This document shows positions 1 to 9,352 of a stretch of DNA of 64,000 nt, one piece after another. Numbering within the stretch: position 1 is the first letter of the stretch; the number at the start of each line of letters is the position of its first letter. The stretch spans positions 9,786-73,785 of the forward strand of contig JAIEPF010000023.1 of assembly GCA_019749945.1 (NCBI GenBank). Direction: 5' to 3'. This stretch comes from Burkholderiales bacterium. GTDB lineage: Bacteria > Pseudomonadota > Gammaproteobacteria > Burkholderiales > SG8-41. The position numbers and the translations under genes were made by a program. The notes under the pieces were generated by a model. It made no database searches, was not told the origin of the DNA, and saw nothing but the letters and a program-made list of their open reading frames with translations.

Positions 1-54
1 GTCGACCAGGAAATTCTGGCCGAAACGTTTGCGCGGGACGTGCTTCGTGCTCAC
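1..54 (-). CDS. rsmA: 16S rRNA dimethyladenosine transferase RsmA/KsgA, 5' end only (continues past the left edge)
   Basis: The reverse strand of 1..54 translates to (V)[17 protein letters not shown], the conserved RsmA N-terminus. The GTG start overlaps the pdxA stop (GTGA). The order lptD-surA-pdxA-rsmA is canonical. Confidence 0.75.
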   Translation of the reverse strand, partial: MSTKHVPRKRFGQNFLVD

Positions 55-1046
55 GTCGCGGCGGTTTTTTTGCCGCGCAGCGCGAGTTCGGCGGCCAGTT
101 CGACCGCCGCGATCAGGCTTTCGACCCGGGCCTTGCCGCTGCCGGCGAGTTCCAGCGCCGTGCCGTGGTCGACCGAGGTGCGGATGATCGGCAGCCCGAG
201 CGTGATGTTGATGCCGGCGCCGAAGCTGGCGTACTTGAGCACCGGCAGGCCCTGGTCGTGGTACATCGCCAGCACGCAATCGCATTGCGCCAGACGTTCC
301 GGCTGAAACAGCGTGTCGGCGGGCAGCGGCCCGGTGAGATCAAAACCTTCCCTGCGAAGATTTTCGAGGACCGGCGCGATGATGTCGATTTCCTCGCGGC
401 CGAGATGTCCCGATTCACCGGCATGCGGGTTGAGGCCGGCGACGAGGATGCGCGGCCGCGCGATGGCAAAACGCGCGATCAGGTCGTGCTGCAGCACACG
501 CAAGATTTTTTCCAGTCCGTCACGGGTGATCGCCGCGGCGACTTCATGCAGCGCCAGGTGAGTGGTGGCCAGCGCCACGCGCATGCCGCCGCCGGCGAGC
601 ATCATCACCACCTGCGGCGCGTGCAGCCGCTCGGCGAGAAATTCGGTATGGCCGGTGAAGGCGATGCCGGCGTCGTTGATCACGCCCTTGTGCACGGGTG
701 CTGTGGCCATCGCGTCGAAGGCGCCGTCGCGGCAGCCGTCGGCGGCGATTTCCAGCGTGCGTAATACATAAGTACTGTTGGCCGGATTCAGGGCGCCGGC
801 GCTTGCGCTTTGCGCCAGCGGCACATGCAGCACGGAAAAATCACCGGCGCCGGCCTCGCTGTAGCGCGGCAGGTCGCCGCGGAGGCCCAGTGCGCGTGCG
901 CGATCCTGCAGCAATGCGGCGTCGGCAATCACCACCACCCGCGCCGGCAGCCGGCGCTGCGCCAGCAGCACGCAGAGATCGGGGCCGATGCCGGCGGGTT
1001 CACCCGCAGTGACGGCGACCAGGGGCTGACTGGAGGGGGCGGGCAC
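51..1046 (-). CDS. pdxA: 4-hydroxythreonine-4-phosphate dehydrogenase
   Basis: 331-aa [18 protein letters not shown]-terminus, GHTEF and NPHAGE motifs typical of PdxA. Operon context with surA and rsmA. Confidence 0.95.
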   Translation of the reverse strand: MPAPSSQPLVAVTAGEPAGIGPDLCVLLAQRRLPARVVVIADAALLQDRARALGLRGDLPRYSEAGAGDFSVLHVPLAQSASAGALNPANSTYVLRTLEIAADGCRDGAFDAMATAPVHKGVINDAGIAFTGHTEFLAERLHAPQVVMMLAGGGMRVALATTHLALHEVAAAITRDGLEKILRVLQHDLIARFAIARPRILVAGLNPHAGESGHLGREEIDIIAPVLENLRREGFDLTGPLPADTLFQPERLAQCDCVLAMYHDQGLPVLKYASFGAGINITLGLPIIRTSVDHGTALELAGSGKARVESLIAAVELAAELALRGKKTAAT

Positions 1047-1079
1047 GGGGGTGGGCCAATCAAGCCATTGTTTTATTGA

Positions 1080-2393
1080 CTATTCGAGGCGTTGTTCGAT
1101 ATAAGCGCGGTCGCGCAACTGCCGCACCCATTCCTGATAGGCCTCGTCGGTCTTGCGTTCGCGCAGGGCCTGGCGCGCGTTCAGGCGCTGACCTTCGCGC
1201 GTCATGTCCTGGGTGCGCCGTTCCAGCACCTCGATCAGATGCCAGCCGAAGGGGCTGCGCACCGGCTGGCTGATTTCGCCGGGCTTCAGCGCGTTCATCG
1301 CCTGCTCGAATTCGGGCACGGTATCGCCGGGGTTGAGCCAGCCCAGGTCGCCGCCGCGCGAGGCGCTGCTGTCTTCGGAGCGGGAACGCGCCAGTTCGGC
1401 GAAATCCGCCTTGTTATCGAGGCGTTCCTTCAGTATCAGCAGGCGGTTGCGCACCTCGGCTTCCGACACCAGTTCGTTGGTTTTGATCAGGATGTGGCGG
1501 GCGCGGGTCTGCTGCACCATGATCGGCGCCTGTCCGCCGCGGCGCTCATTGAGCTTGAGGATATGAAAGCCGTTCGGGCTGCGCAGCAGTTCGCTCAGCT
1601 CACCGGTTTTCAGCGGCCGCAGGGCATCGAGGAACAGGGCGGGCAGGCGGCTGCTCTCGCGCCATCCGAGGAGGCCGCCCTGGAGTGCTTCGGGCGCATC
1701 GGAAAAGGCGGCCGCGACCTGGCGGAAATCCGTACCGCCTTTCAGCTGCGCCAGCGCCTGTTCGGCGCGCGTGCGGCGGGTCTGCAGCTGTTCCGGCGTG
1801 GCGTTTTCCGGCACGGTGACAAGGATGTGCGAAATATTGTATTCGTCGTTGCGGCCCTGGGTCTGCTGCGCCTGGATGAAATTGTCGATTTCGGATTCGG
1901 TGATGACGATTTTTTGCGCGACTTCGCGTTCGCGCAGCCGTGACAGCGTGATTTCATTGCGGATGTCTTCGCGGAATTTTTCGAACGGCACGCCGTCCTT
2001 CTGCAGCGTCGCGCGAATCTGCGTCAGCGACATTTTGTTTTCTTCGGCGATCCGCGCCAGGGCACGGTCGAGCTCGGCGTCATCAACACGCAGGCCGATG
2101 TCGCGCGCGTGCTGCATCTGCACGCGATCGGCGATCAGGCGTTCGATCAATTGCCGTTCGATGACTTCGCGCGGCGGCGGCGGCGTACCCTGTTGCTGCA
2201 GCTGGCGGAAGGCGAAATCGACGCGGGCGCTGAGTTCCTGCTGGGTGATGACCTCGTCGTTGACGACGGCAACGATGCGATCCAGGGTGACGATTGGCCG
2301 CGGTTTCGGCTGGCCCCAGGCGGGAGCGCCGGACAGCAGGACTGTCAGCAGGGCGCAGCAGGCAAGGCGATACGGCAGGATGGGGAGTTGCAT
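1080..2393 (-). CDS. surA: periplasmic chaperone / peptidyl-prolyl isomerase SurA
   Basis: 437 aa with a signal peptide. N-terminal SurA chaperone region plus two parvulin-like segments (GGLLGW, GGDLGW). Located between lptD and pdxA. Confidence 0.95.
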   Translation of the reverse strand: MQLPILPYRLACCALLTVLLSGAPAWGQPKPRPIVTLDRIVAVVNDEVITQQELSARVDFAFRQLQQQGTPPPPREVIERQLIERLIADRVQMQHARDIGLRVDDAELDRALARIAEENKMSLTQIRATLQKDGVPFEKFREDIRNEITLSRLREREVAQKIVITESEIDNFIQAQQTQGRNDEYNISHILVTVPENATPEQLQTRRTRAEQALAQLKGGTDFRQVAAAFSDAPEALQGGLLGWRESSRLPALFLDALRPLKTGELSELLRSPNGFHILKLNERRGGQAPIMVQQTRARHILIKTNELVSEAEVRNRLLILKERLDNKADFAELARSRSEDSSASRGGDLGWLNPGDTVPEFEQAMNALKPGEISQPVRSPFGWHLIEVLERRTQDMTREGQRLNARQALRERKTDEAYQEWVRQLRDRAYIEQRLE

Positions 2394-2450
2394 GAGAATC
2401 CAGATTTTTCAGATTGATGCGGAATGCAGCAGAGTCCGGCTTCCGGCCGG

Positions 2451-4751
2451 CTAGAACAATCCCGGTACATTGTATTCGACCGGCCGGGTGCTGCGAGGGT
2501 CGAACTGTTTGTAGCCGCTGATGTTGCGCCGCAGGACGTCCAGCGGGTCGTTGCCGATGCGCGATATGCCGGAGAGTTCCAGCTGCACAAAAACGGAGGT
2601 GCTGGCGCTGGCCGTGGTCGTGGCGAAACGATGGGCGGCGATGCGCAGCGCCCAGCAGCGGTCGCTGTACTCAACCCCGGCCAGCGCTTCCAGCGTGCGC
2701 CCGTCCCGGATCGAAAAATTCCAGCGGCCGACGGCGGTCCAGCGGCCGTCGATCGGCCACTGGGTGGAGAAGTCCACCTGCTGCAGCGTGTTGACGGTTT
2801 CGCGGTAGGCGAGGTTCACCACCTTGCCGGCCTGCGGCTGGTAACGCGCGGCAATGTTGAATTTCTGGGTTTGTTTCAGATCGGTGTTGTATTGCCAGCC
2901 GGCGTCGCCGGTCCAGTTTTTGGCGATGTTGCCGCTGACGGCGGCGAGCAGATCCGAAGAATTGCGGTCGCTGGCGCGCGACGGCACGCCCGGGATGGTG
3001 ACCTGCTGCGGCTCGAAATAATAACGCTGGGCGAGTGCGGCACGCAGGCGCTCGATGCCGCTGCCGGCATCGATGAAGCGGGTGCTGACGCCCAGCGTCA
3101 GCTGATTGGCATCGTTGATGCGGTCCTGGCCGCTGAACTGGTTCTCGGTGAAGATGGTCGCGAAGTTGATGTCCTGCAATCCGCTTTCAAAGTTCGGCAG
3201 CCGGCTCTGGTCCTTGTACGGGATGTGGACGTAATATGCCTTGGGCTCCAGCGTCTGGATCAGCTTCTCGCCGCGGGCCTCCATGTCGCGCTCAAAGACC
3301 AGCCCGCTGTCGACGCTGAATACCGGCAGGGTGCGTGTCGCGTCGGGCAGCCCGGCCGTATTGTTGCTGCCCATCGAGTAATGCGTGACATGCACGCCGG
3401 CCTTGGGCGTGACGTATGCAAAAGCGTTCTGCAGCGGCAGCGAAAAGCTGGGATTGACCACGGTGCGCTTGCCGTTGACCAGTGAGGGATGCGCGAACGA
3501 GGTAAAGCTGCTGAGCATGTCGAGGTCACCCCAGCGCATGAGGCGCTGGGCCGTCAGCGTGAGCTGCGGTTCGCGGTTGTACGGTGCGACCAGCGGCGCC
3601 AGGGGATCGGCCTGCAGGGTCTGCCAGCGCTGGGCGTATGCCGAAAAACCGTAGGTCCCGCCATCGCCCCAGTTGCCGCCGCGGCTCAGCGTCAGATCGT
3701 TGCTCAGGTAAACCTGCGAGGTCACCGCCACCTGGGTCGACAGGTCGGTGAAATATTTGCCGTCGGAAACGCGGTTGATGTTGAGCTGGCTGTTCCAGCC
3801 GTTGTCCAGCGCCTGCTGGTGCTTGGTGAACAAGCCCCAGCGGTCGCGGCCGATCTGCTGGTCGTTGGAGAGCATTTCCGCCCGCGCTTCACCCTTGCCT
3901 TTCGAATTCAGGTAACGGAACTCGCCGCCGAGCTGCAGTCCGCGTTTGGTCATGTAGCGCGGGTAGAGCGTGGCGTCCATGTCCGGCGCGATGTTCCAGT
4001 AAAAAGGGGTCGTGAATTCGAAGCCGGTGGTGTTAGAGGTGCGGTAACTCGGGGTCAGAAATCCCGACTTGCGCTGCTGGTGCAGCGAGAACGACAGGTA
4101 GGGCGAGTAAAAAATCGGCACGTCAAAAAACACGATGCTCGCGTCGCGGGCGACCCCGACGTCGCGATTGCGGTCAATGTCGAGCTGGTTGGCGCGCAGG
4201 TACCAGGCATCGTTGCCCGGCTCGCAGGTGGTGTAGCTGGCGGTCTGCACGCGGTACTGGCCCGGGCCTTCGAACAACAGCCGTTCGGCGGTGCCGCGCC
4301 CCTCGGTTTGGACCAGGCTTGCGGCGCCGCTGCTGATCGGGCCGGTCTCCGGGGTGCTCATCAGCAGGTAACGCGGGCGGTCCATGTAACCGCGATCGGT
4401 GGCCATTTCGTAACGCAGGGTGTCGCCCTGGAGGATTTCCCGATCCTGTTCGATACGGACATTGCCTTTGGCATTCAGCACGTCGGTCGGCGTATCGTGC
4501 CGCATCCAGTCGGCATAAAAAGCCTGGCCGCGCTTGCGCAGCCGCGCGTTGCCGAAGGCCTCGATTTCCTTGTCCTGTGTGCCCTGGATGCGGTCGGCTT
4601 CGACGAACAGCGGCAGCACATCACCGTTGTCGGGGGGGATCAGCATCAGCCCGGGCTGTGGCTTCAGTTTCAGGCCTTCGTCGGCGCCGGCCAGCAGCGG
4701 CAGCGCGCACAGCACGGCGAGTGTAATCCGGGTTTTTCGGGAAAAAGGCAT
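2451..4751 (-). CDS. lptD: LPS-assembly outer membrane protein LptD
   Basis: The ORF 2451..4805 has a TTG outermost start. ATG at 4751 gives MPFSRKTRITLAVLCALPLLAGA, a signal peptide. OstA N-terminal region plus a large beta-barrel with aromatic-rich strands. Upstream of surA. Confidence 0.93.
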   Translation of the reverse strand: MPFSRKTRITLAVLCALPLLAGADEGLKLKPQPGLMLIPPDNGDVLPLFVEADRIQGTQDKEIEAFGNARLRKRGQAFYADWMRHDTPTDVLNAKGNVRIEQDREILQGDTLRYEMATDRGYMDRPRYLLMSTPETGPISSGAASLVQTEGRGTAERLLFEGPGQYRVQTASYTTCEPGNDAWYLRANQLDIDRNRDVGVARDASIVFFDVPIFYSPYLSFSLHQQRKSGFLTPSYRTSNTTGFEFTTPFYWNIAPDMDATLYPRYMTKRGLQLGGEFRYLNSKGKGEARAEMLSNDQQIGRDRWGLFTKHQQALDNGWNSQLNINRVSDGKYFTDLSTQVAVTSQVYLSNDLTLSRGGNWGDGGTYGFSAYAQRWQTLQADPLAPLVAPYNREPQLTLTAQRLMRWGDLDMLSSFTSFAHPSLVNGKRTVVNPSFSLPLQNAFAYVTPKAGVHVTHYSMGSNNTAGLPDATRTLPVFSVDSGLVFERDMEARGEKLIQTLEPKAYYVHIPYKDQSRLPNFESGLQDINFATIFTENQFSGQDRINDANQLTLGVSTRFIDAGSGIERLRAALAQRYYFEPQQVTIPGVPSRASDRNSSDLLAAVSGNIAKNWTGDAGWQYNTDLKQTQKFNIAARYQPQAGKVVNLAYRETVNTLQQVDFSTQWPIDGRWTAVGRWNFSIRDGRTLEALAGVEYSDRCWALRIAAHRFATTTASASTSVFVQLELSGISRIGNDPLDVLRRNISGYKQFDPRSTRPVEYNVPGLF

Positions 4752-4796
4752 CAGGGAGGGTGTCAGGCGAGGTGCTAAAATCTCACAATTCACTGC

Positions 4797-5828
4797 TTGA
4801 AGCAACGCTTGAAACCATCCTCAGCGGCCGGGCGCGACGAGCGTCTTGAACTCCTCGGCGCGTGGCTCGCCGGCCCGCTGGCCGGAGTGCCTTTCTCGCT
4901 CGCTCCGGCCTCCGCCGACGCGAGTTTTCGCCGTTATTTCCGCGTTACGCTGGACACCGGTACGCGTATCGTGATGGATGCGCCGCCGCAGCGCGAAGAC
5001 TGCCGCCCCTTCGTGCAGGTGGCGCAACTGATGCGCGCTGCCGGACTGCATGTGCCGCAAGTGCTGGCCGCGGACCTTGACCGGGGTTTCCTGCTGCTGA
5101 CGGATCTCGGCGATACGACCTACCTCAAAGCCTTGAACGAAGACAATGCCGCGGCGCTGTTCGGCGATGCCATCACCGCCCTGATCGCCTGGCAGCGTGC
5201 CAGCCGTCCGGGTGTGTTGCCGCCGTACGACCGCACGCTGCTGCAGCGGGAAATGGACCTGTTTCCCGAGTGGTACCTGGCCCGCCACCTCGGCCTCACA
5301 CTGTCGGATGCGCAGCGCGCGACGCTGGCCGGCATCACCACGCTGCTGGCCGACAGCGCGCTGGCGCAGCCCGCGGTGTATGTGCACCGTGATTACATGC
5401 CGCGCAACCTGATGCTGTCCACCCCGAACCCCGGCGTGCTCGATTTCCAGGATGCGGTGTACGGCCCGATCAGTTATGACGTCGCCTCGCTGTTCCGCGA
5501 TGCCTTCATCAGCTGGCCGGAGGAACGGGTCATCGACTGGGTCGCGCGTTATTGGGAGCAGGCGAAGCGGGCGCAGCTGCCGGTCGACGCCGATTTCGGC
5601 GAATTCTATCGGGCATTTGAATGGATGGGCCTGCAGCGCCACCTCAAGGTCCTGGGCATTTTTGCGCGCATCCGTTATCGCGACGGCAAACCGGCTTATC
5701 TCGAGGATGCTCCGCGGTTTCTCGTTTATGCGCATGCGGTGTGCGCGCGTTATGCCGCGCTGAAGCCGCTGGCGCTGTTGCTCGACGCACTCGAGCAGCG
5801 CGCCCCGCAGGTCGGTTACACCTTCTGA
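4797..5828 (+). CDS. amgK: aminoglycoside-phosphotransferase-fold kinase, AmgK-like (anomeric MurNAc/GlcNAc kinase)
   Basis: APH-family catalytic loop HRDYMPRNLM and DFQDA. Divergent from lptD and followed by murU, as in Pseudomonas. Start uncertain: TTG at 4797 or 4809, with no ATG. Confidence 0.75.
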   Translation: MKQRLKPSSAAGRDERLELLGAWLAGPLAGVPFSLAPASADASFRRYFRVTLDTGTRIVMDAPPQREDCRPFVQVAQLMRAAGLHVPQVLAADLDRGFLLLTDLGDTTYLKALNEDNAAALFGDAITALIAWQRASRPGVLPPYDRTLLQREMDLFPEWYLARHLGLTLSDAQRATLAGITTLLADSALAQPAVYVHRDYMPRNLMLSTPNPGVLDFQDAVYGPISYDVASLFRDAFISWPEERVIDWVARYWEQAKRAQLPVDADFGEFYRAFEWMGLQRHLKVLGIFARIRYRDGKPAYLEDAPRFLVYAHAVCARYAALKPLALLLDALEQRAPQVGYTF

Positions 5829-5838
5829 GCCGTTTGCG

Positions 5839-6534
5839 ATGAAAGCCATGATCCTGGCGGCGGGGCGTGGTGAGCGGATGCGGCCGCTGACCGATCAGAT
5901 GCCCAAGGCGCTGCTGCGTATCGGAGATAAACCATTGATTTTAATGATAATTTCAGCGCTGCTGCAGGCGGGCATCCGTGATCTGGTGATCAATCTGGCG
6001 CATCTTGGCGAACAGATCGCGACGACGCTGGGCGATGGTGCGGCGCTGGGCGTACATATCGAGTATTCATGGGAAACCACGGGCGAGACCACGGCGCTGG
6101 AAACGGCGGGCGGCATTGCCTGGGCGCTGCCGCTGCTTGGCGACGCGCCGTTTATCGCGGTCAATGCCGATGTCTACAGCGATTATGATTTTTCGGTGTT
6201 GCAGGCCGCAGCGCGGCGCCTGACGGCCTCTGGTCCGCTGGCGCATCTGGTGCTGGTCGACAATCCGCCGCAGCATCCGCGCGGCGACTTCGGCCTCGCC
6301 GCCGGCAGGGTGCTGGCGGAAGCCGCGACCCGACATACCTTCAGCGGCATGGGCGCTTATCATCCCGCCTTGTTCGCCGGTGTGAAACGCGGCGAGCGTG
6401 CACGGCTGGCGGATCTGCTGATCGCCGCGATGCAGCGTGAGCAGGTCACCGGCGAGCTGTATCGCGGGCAATGGCATGACGTGGGCACGCCGGAACGCCT
6501 GGCGGCGCTGGATCGGGCCGCGCGCCAGGCGTGA
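5839..6534 (+). CDS. murU: nucleotidyltransferase, MurU-like (MurNAc-alpha-1-P uridylyltransferase)
   Basis: N-terminal MKAMILAAGRGERMRPLT sugar-nucleotidyltransferase motif. Paired with the amgK-like kinase. Confidence 0.8.
   Translation: MKAMILAAGRGERMRPLTDQMPKALLRIGDKPLILMIISALLQAGIRDLVINLAHLGEQIATTLGDGAALGVHIEYSWETTGETTALETAGGIAWALPLLGDAPFIAVNADVYSDYDFSVLQAAARRLTASGPLAHLVLVDNPPQHPRGDFGLAAGRVLAEAATRHTFSGMGAYHPALFAGVKRGERARLADLLIAAMQREQVTGELYRGQWHDVGTPERLAALDRAARQA
5928..5953 (-). promoter_or_regulatory. IHF-consensus site inside murU (minus strand TTATCATTAAAATCAATGGTTTA)
   Basis: Core AATCAATGGTTTA matches WATCAANNNNTTR, with a 5' A/T tract. It lies in a local AT-rich rare-codon patch. 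Confidence 0.35.
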
Positions 6535-6564
6535 AGTGCGCCGGTGCGCGACTATAATCAAGGC

Positions 6565-7890
6565 ATGTCCGCACAACTTTCCATCCCCGCCGCCGTTTAT
6601 CAGGGTCGCCGCGCGCGCCTCGCAGCGCAGCTCGGCAACAGCGTCGCCATCGTGCCCACCGCACCGGAACAGATCCGCAACCGCGACGCGCATTATCCCT
6701 ATCGTTACGACAGTTATTTCTATTACCTGACCGGATTCCGCGAACCCGAAGCGGTGCTGGTGTTGGTGGGTGGCGAAAAGCCGCAACACATCCTGTTCTG
6801 CCGCGAAAAAAATCTTGAACGTGAAATCTGGGACGGTTATCGCTACGGGCCCGAGGCCGCGAAAGCGGCTTTTGCCATGGATGCCGCGTATTGCATCACG
6901 GAACTGGATGCGCGCCTGCCCGAGCTGCTGGCGGATCGCGCTGTCGTGCAGGTGCACCTCGGCGCCGATGCGCTGTGGGACGCGCGGGTGCTGGGCTGGA
7001 TCAATACCGTGCGCAACCGCGCGCGCAGCGGCGTGGCGGCGCCGAACGACATCCGCGATGTGCGCACACTGCTCGACGACATGCGCTTGCGCAAGGACGA
7101 ACATGAAGTGGCGCTGATGCGCCGTGCCGGCGCCATTTCCGGTGCCGCCCACCGTCTGGCGATGCAGGCGGCGCGGCCGGGGGCGACGGAATATGAAATC
7201 GAAGCCCTGCTGCTGCATGAGTTCCGCCGCAGCGGCGCCCAGGCCCCGGCCTATACGCCGATCGTGGCCGGCGGCGCCAATGCCTGCGTGCTGCATTACG
7301 TCGAAAACAATGCGCCGCTGGCCGACGGCGACCTGCTGCTGATCGACGCCGGTTGCGAACTCGACGGTTACGCCTCGGACATCACGCGCACCTTTCCGGT
7401 CAACGGCCTTTTCAGCGGACCGCAGCGCGCGGTATACGAGCTGGTGCTGGCGGCGCAGGCCGCGGCGATTGCCGCAGTCAGGCCGGGGGCGCGCTGGAAT
7501 GAACCGCATGATGTCGCGGTGAAAGTGCTGGCGCAGGGTTTCATCGACCTGAAATTGCTCAGCGGCACGCTGGACGGCGTGCTGGAGCAGGAAAGCTACA
7601 AGCAGTTTTACATGCACCGCACCGGACACTGGCTGGGGCTGGATGTGCACGACGCCGGTGAATACAAAACGGAAGGTGCCTGGCGCGAGCTGCAGCCGGG
7701 CATGGTGCTGACCGTCGAGCCCGGCTGTTATATCCGGCCGGCGCCGGGCCTGCCGGAGGGTTTTGCCGGTATCGGCGTGCGTATTGAAGATGATGCGCTG
7801 GTCACCGTCAAGGGCTCGGAAATCCTCAGCGCCGGCGCACCGAAAAGCGTTGCTGACATCGAAGCGCTGATGCGCGAGCGCCATGCCTGA
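6565..7890 (+). CDS. pepP: Xaa-Pro aminopeptidase
   Basis: M24B motifs (DAGCELDGYASDITRT, HRTGHWLGLDVHD, GIGVRIEDD). The ORF opens at GTG 6544 and the first ATG is at 6565. pepP-ubiH order as in E. coli. Confidence 0.9.
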   Translation: MSAQLSIPAAVYQGRRARLAAQLGNSVAIVPTAPEQIRNRDAHYPYRYDSYFYYLTGFREPEAVLVLVGGEKPQHILFCREKNLEREIWDGYRYGPEAAKAAFAMDAAYCITELDARLPELLADRAVVQVHLGADALWDARVLGWINTVRNRARSGVAAPNDIRDVRTLLDDMRLRKDEHEVALMRRAGAISGAAHRLAMQAARPGATEYEIEALLLHEFRRSGAQAPAYTPIVAGGANACVLHYVENNAPLADGDLLLIDAGCELDGYASDITRTFPVNGLFSGPQRAVYELVLAAQAAAIAAVRPGARWNEPHDVAVKVLAQGFIDLKLLSGTLDGVLEQESYKQFYMHRTGHWLGLDVHDAGEYKTEGAWRELQPGMVLTVEPGCYIRPAPGLPEGFAGIGVRIEDDALVTVKGSEILSAGAPKSVADIEALMRERHA

Positions 7891-9055
7891 ATTCGGCGGC
7901 AATGCGTTCGCCGGCAATGAGGCGGCCGATATCGTCATCGTCGGCGGCGGCCCGGTGGGCAGCGCGCTGGCGCTGGCGCTGCGCGACAGCGGATTACGCA
8001 TCGTGCTGCTCGAAGCGCGGGCGGCGGGCGGCGGTGATGCGCGACCGCTGGCTTTGTCCTACGGCAGCCGGCTGATCCTTGAGCGTCTGGGGGTGTGGCC
8101 GGCATTGGCGGCCACGGCAACGCCGATCCGCAACATCCATGTCTCGCAACGCGGCGGCTTTGGCCGCGTCGGCCTGGCCGCCGCCGAAGCCGGATTTCCA
8201 GAACTCGGCTATGTCGTGGATTACGGCCGTGTCGCGCAGGCACTGGCGCAGGCCGCTGCGCTGACCGCCGCGCAATGCCTGACCGGTGCGCGGGTGATCG
8301 CCACGCACGGCGGCGACCCGGCGCGTGTTCAATATGAATACGACGGCGAGCAACGCGAACTGACGGCCGTCCTGGTGGCGCTGGCGGATGGCAGCGCGGG
8401 CGGCGGGGCCAGCGCCGAATCCGTGGATTATCAGCAATGCGCGGTCACGGCCTGCGTCGTTAGTGAGCGCCCGCATAACAACACGGCGTATGAACGATTT
8501 ACCGCGCACGGGCCGCTGGCGCTGTTGCCCGACAACGATGGCTGGGCACTGGTGTGGACCACAAGGCCGGAGCATGCCCGACAGTTGTGCGCGATGGCGC
8601 CGGAGATTTTTCTGGGCGAACTGCGAACGGCGTTTGGCGGCCGCACCGGCGATTTCATCAAGGTCAGCGGACGCGCGGCCTATCCGTTGCAGCGCCGCCG
8701 CGCACAAGCTGCGGCTGACCACATCGTGTTGATCGGCAATGCGGCGCAGACCCTGCATCCGGTGGCCGGTCAGGGGTTCAATCTCGGCTTGCGTGACGCC
8801 TGGGAACTCGGTGAGCAGATCAACAGCGGATCGACAGCGGCCCTCGGCTCGCGCGCCTGGCTGAACGCCTATCAGCAGCGGCGCCGCGTCGATCGCAGTG
8901 CCGGCCTCGGATTCACCCATGCGCTGGTGGAATTGTTCTCCAACGATCTGCTGCCGCTGCGTCTGGCGCGAGGTACGGGACTTGCTTTGCTCGGTTGCCT
9001 GCCGCCGCTGAAAAATTTCCTGATCCGGCGCATGACTTTCGGCGCGCGCGGCTGA
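7883..9055 (+). CDS. ubiH: FAD-dependent ubiquinone-biosynthesis hydroxylase (UbiH/UbiF/VisC family)
   Basis: DIVIVGGGPVGSALA dinucleotide fold and GNAAQTLHPVAGQGFNLGLRD motif. The start overlaps the pepP 3' end by 8 nt. Confidence 0.8.
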   Translation: MPEFGGNAFAGNEAADIVIVGGGPVGSALALALRDSGLRIVLLEARAAGGGDARPLALSYGSRLILERLGVWPALAATATPIRNIHVSQRGGFGRVGLAAAEAGFPELGYVVDYGRVAQALAQAAALTAAQCLTGARVIATHGGDPARVQYEYDGEQRELTAVLVALADGSAGGGASAESVDYQQCAVTACVVSERPHNNTAYERFTAHGPLALLPDNDGWALVWTTRPEHARQLCAMAPEIFLGELRTAFGGRTGDFIKVSGRAAYPLQRRRAQAAADHIVLIGNAAQTLHPVAGQGFNLGLRDAWELGEQINSGSTAALGSRAWLNAYQQRRRVDRSAGLGFTHALVELFSNDLLPLRLARGTGLALLGCLPPLKNFLIRRMTFGARG

Positions 9056-9285
9056 CCGCGCCGGCGAAACATTGCGCAGTCGCGGCTTGCCGCGGAATCT
9101 GCAGGTGGTGTTGCAGCAATCTCCGGTAAATGCATTGATACTAAGTGCTTTTGATGATGCATCTGCGGCTGTGCCGGCAACACACCGCGTATGCAAGCGC
9201 TGCATTGTTTTGCATAAGGCGTGCAAAATGGGGTGCAAAACTGTGGCGTAAAAGTCAGGTGCTTAAAAATGAGGCACATTTCTCT

Positions 9286-9313
9286 TTGCATGCCGCGCGA
9301 CTGTGATTACAAT
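9286..9313 (+). promoter_or_regulatory. putative sigma70 promoter of dusB-fis (TTGCAT-16 nt-TACAAT) followed by a GC-rich discriminator GGCGCCC
   Basis: Hexamers read directly at 9286-9291 and 9308-9313, about 40 nt upstream of the dusB GTG. Confidence 0.4.
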
Positions 9314-9352
9314 GGCGCCCTTTCCCTCGTTACTCATACAAGAACAAGTCCG

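Noticed and set aside
6067-8001. 644-aa ORF on the minus strand
   Set aside because: It is antisense to murU, pepP and ubiH, which have clear family motifs. Its composition is Arg/Ala/Gly-rich and low-complexity, typical of shadow ORFs in high-GC DNA.
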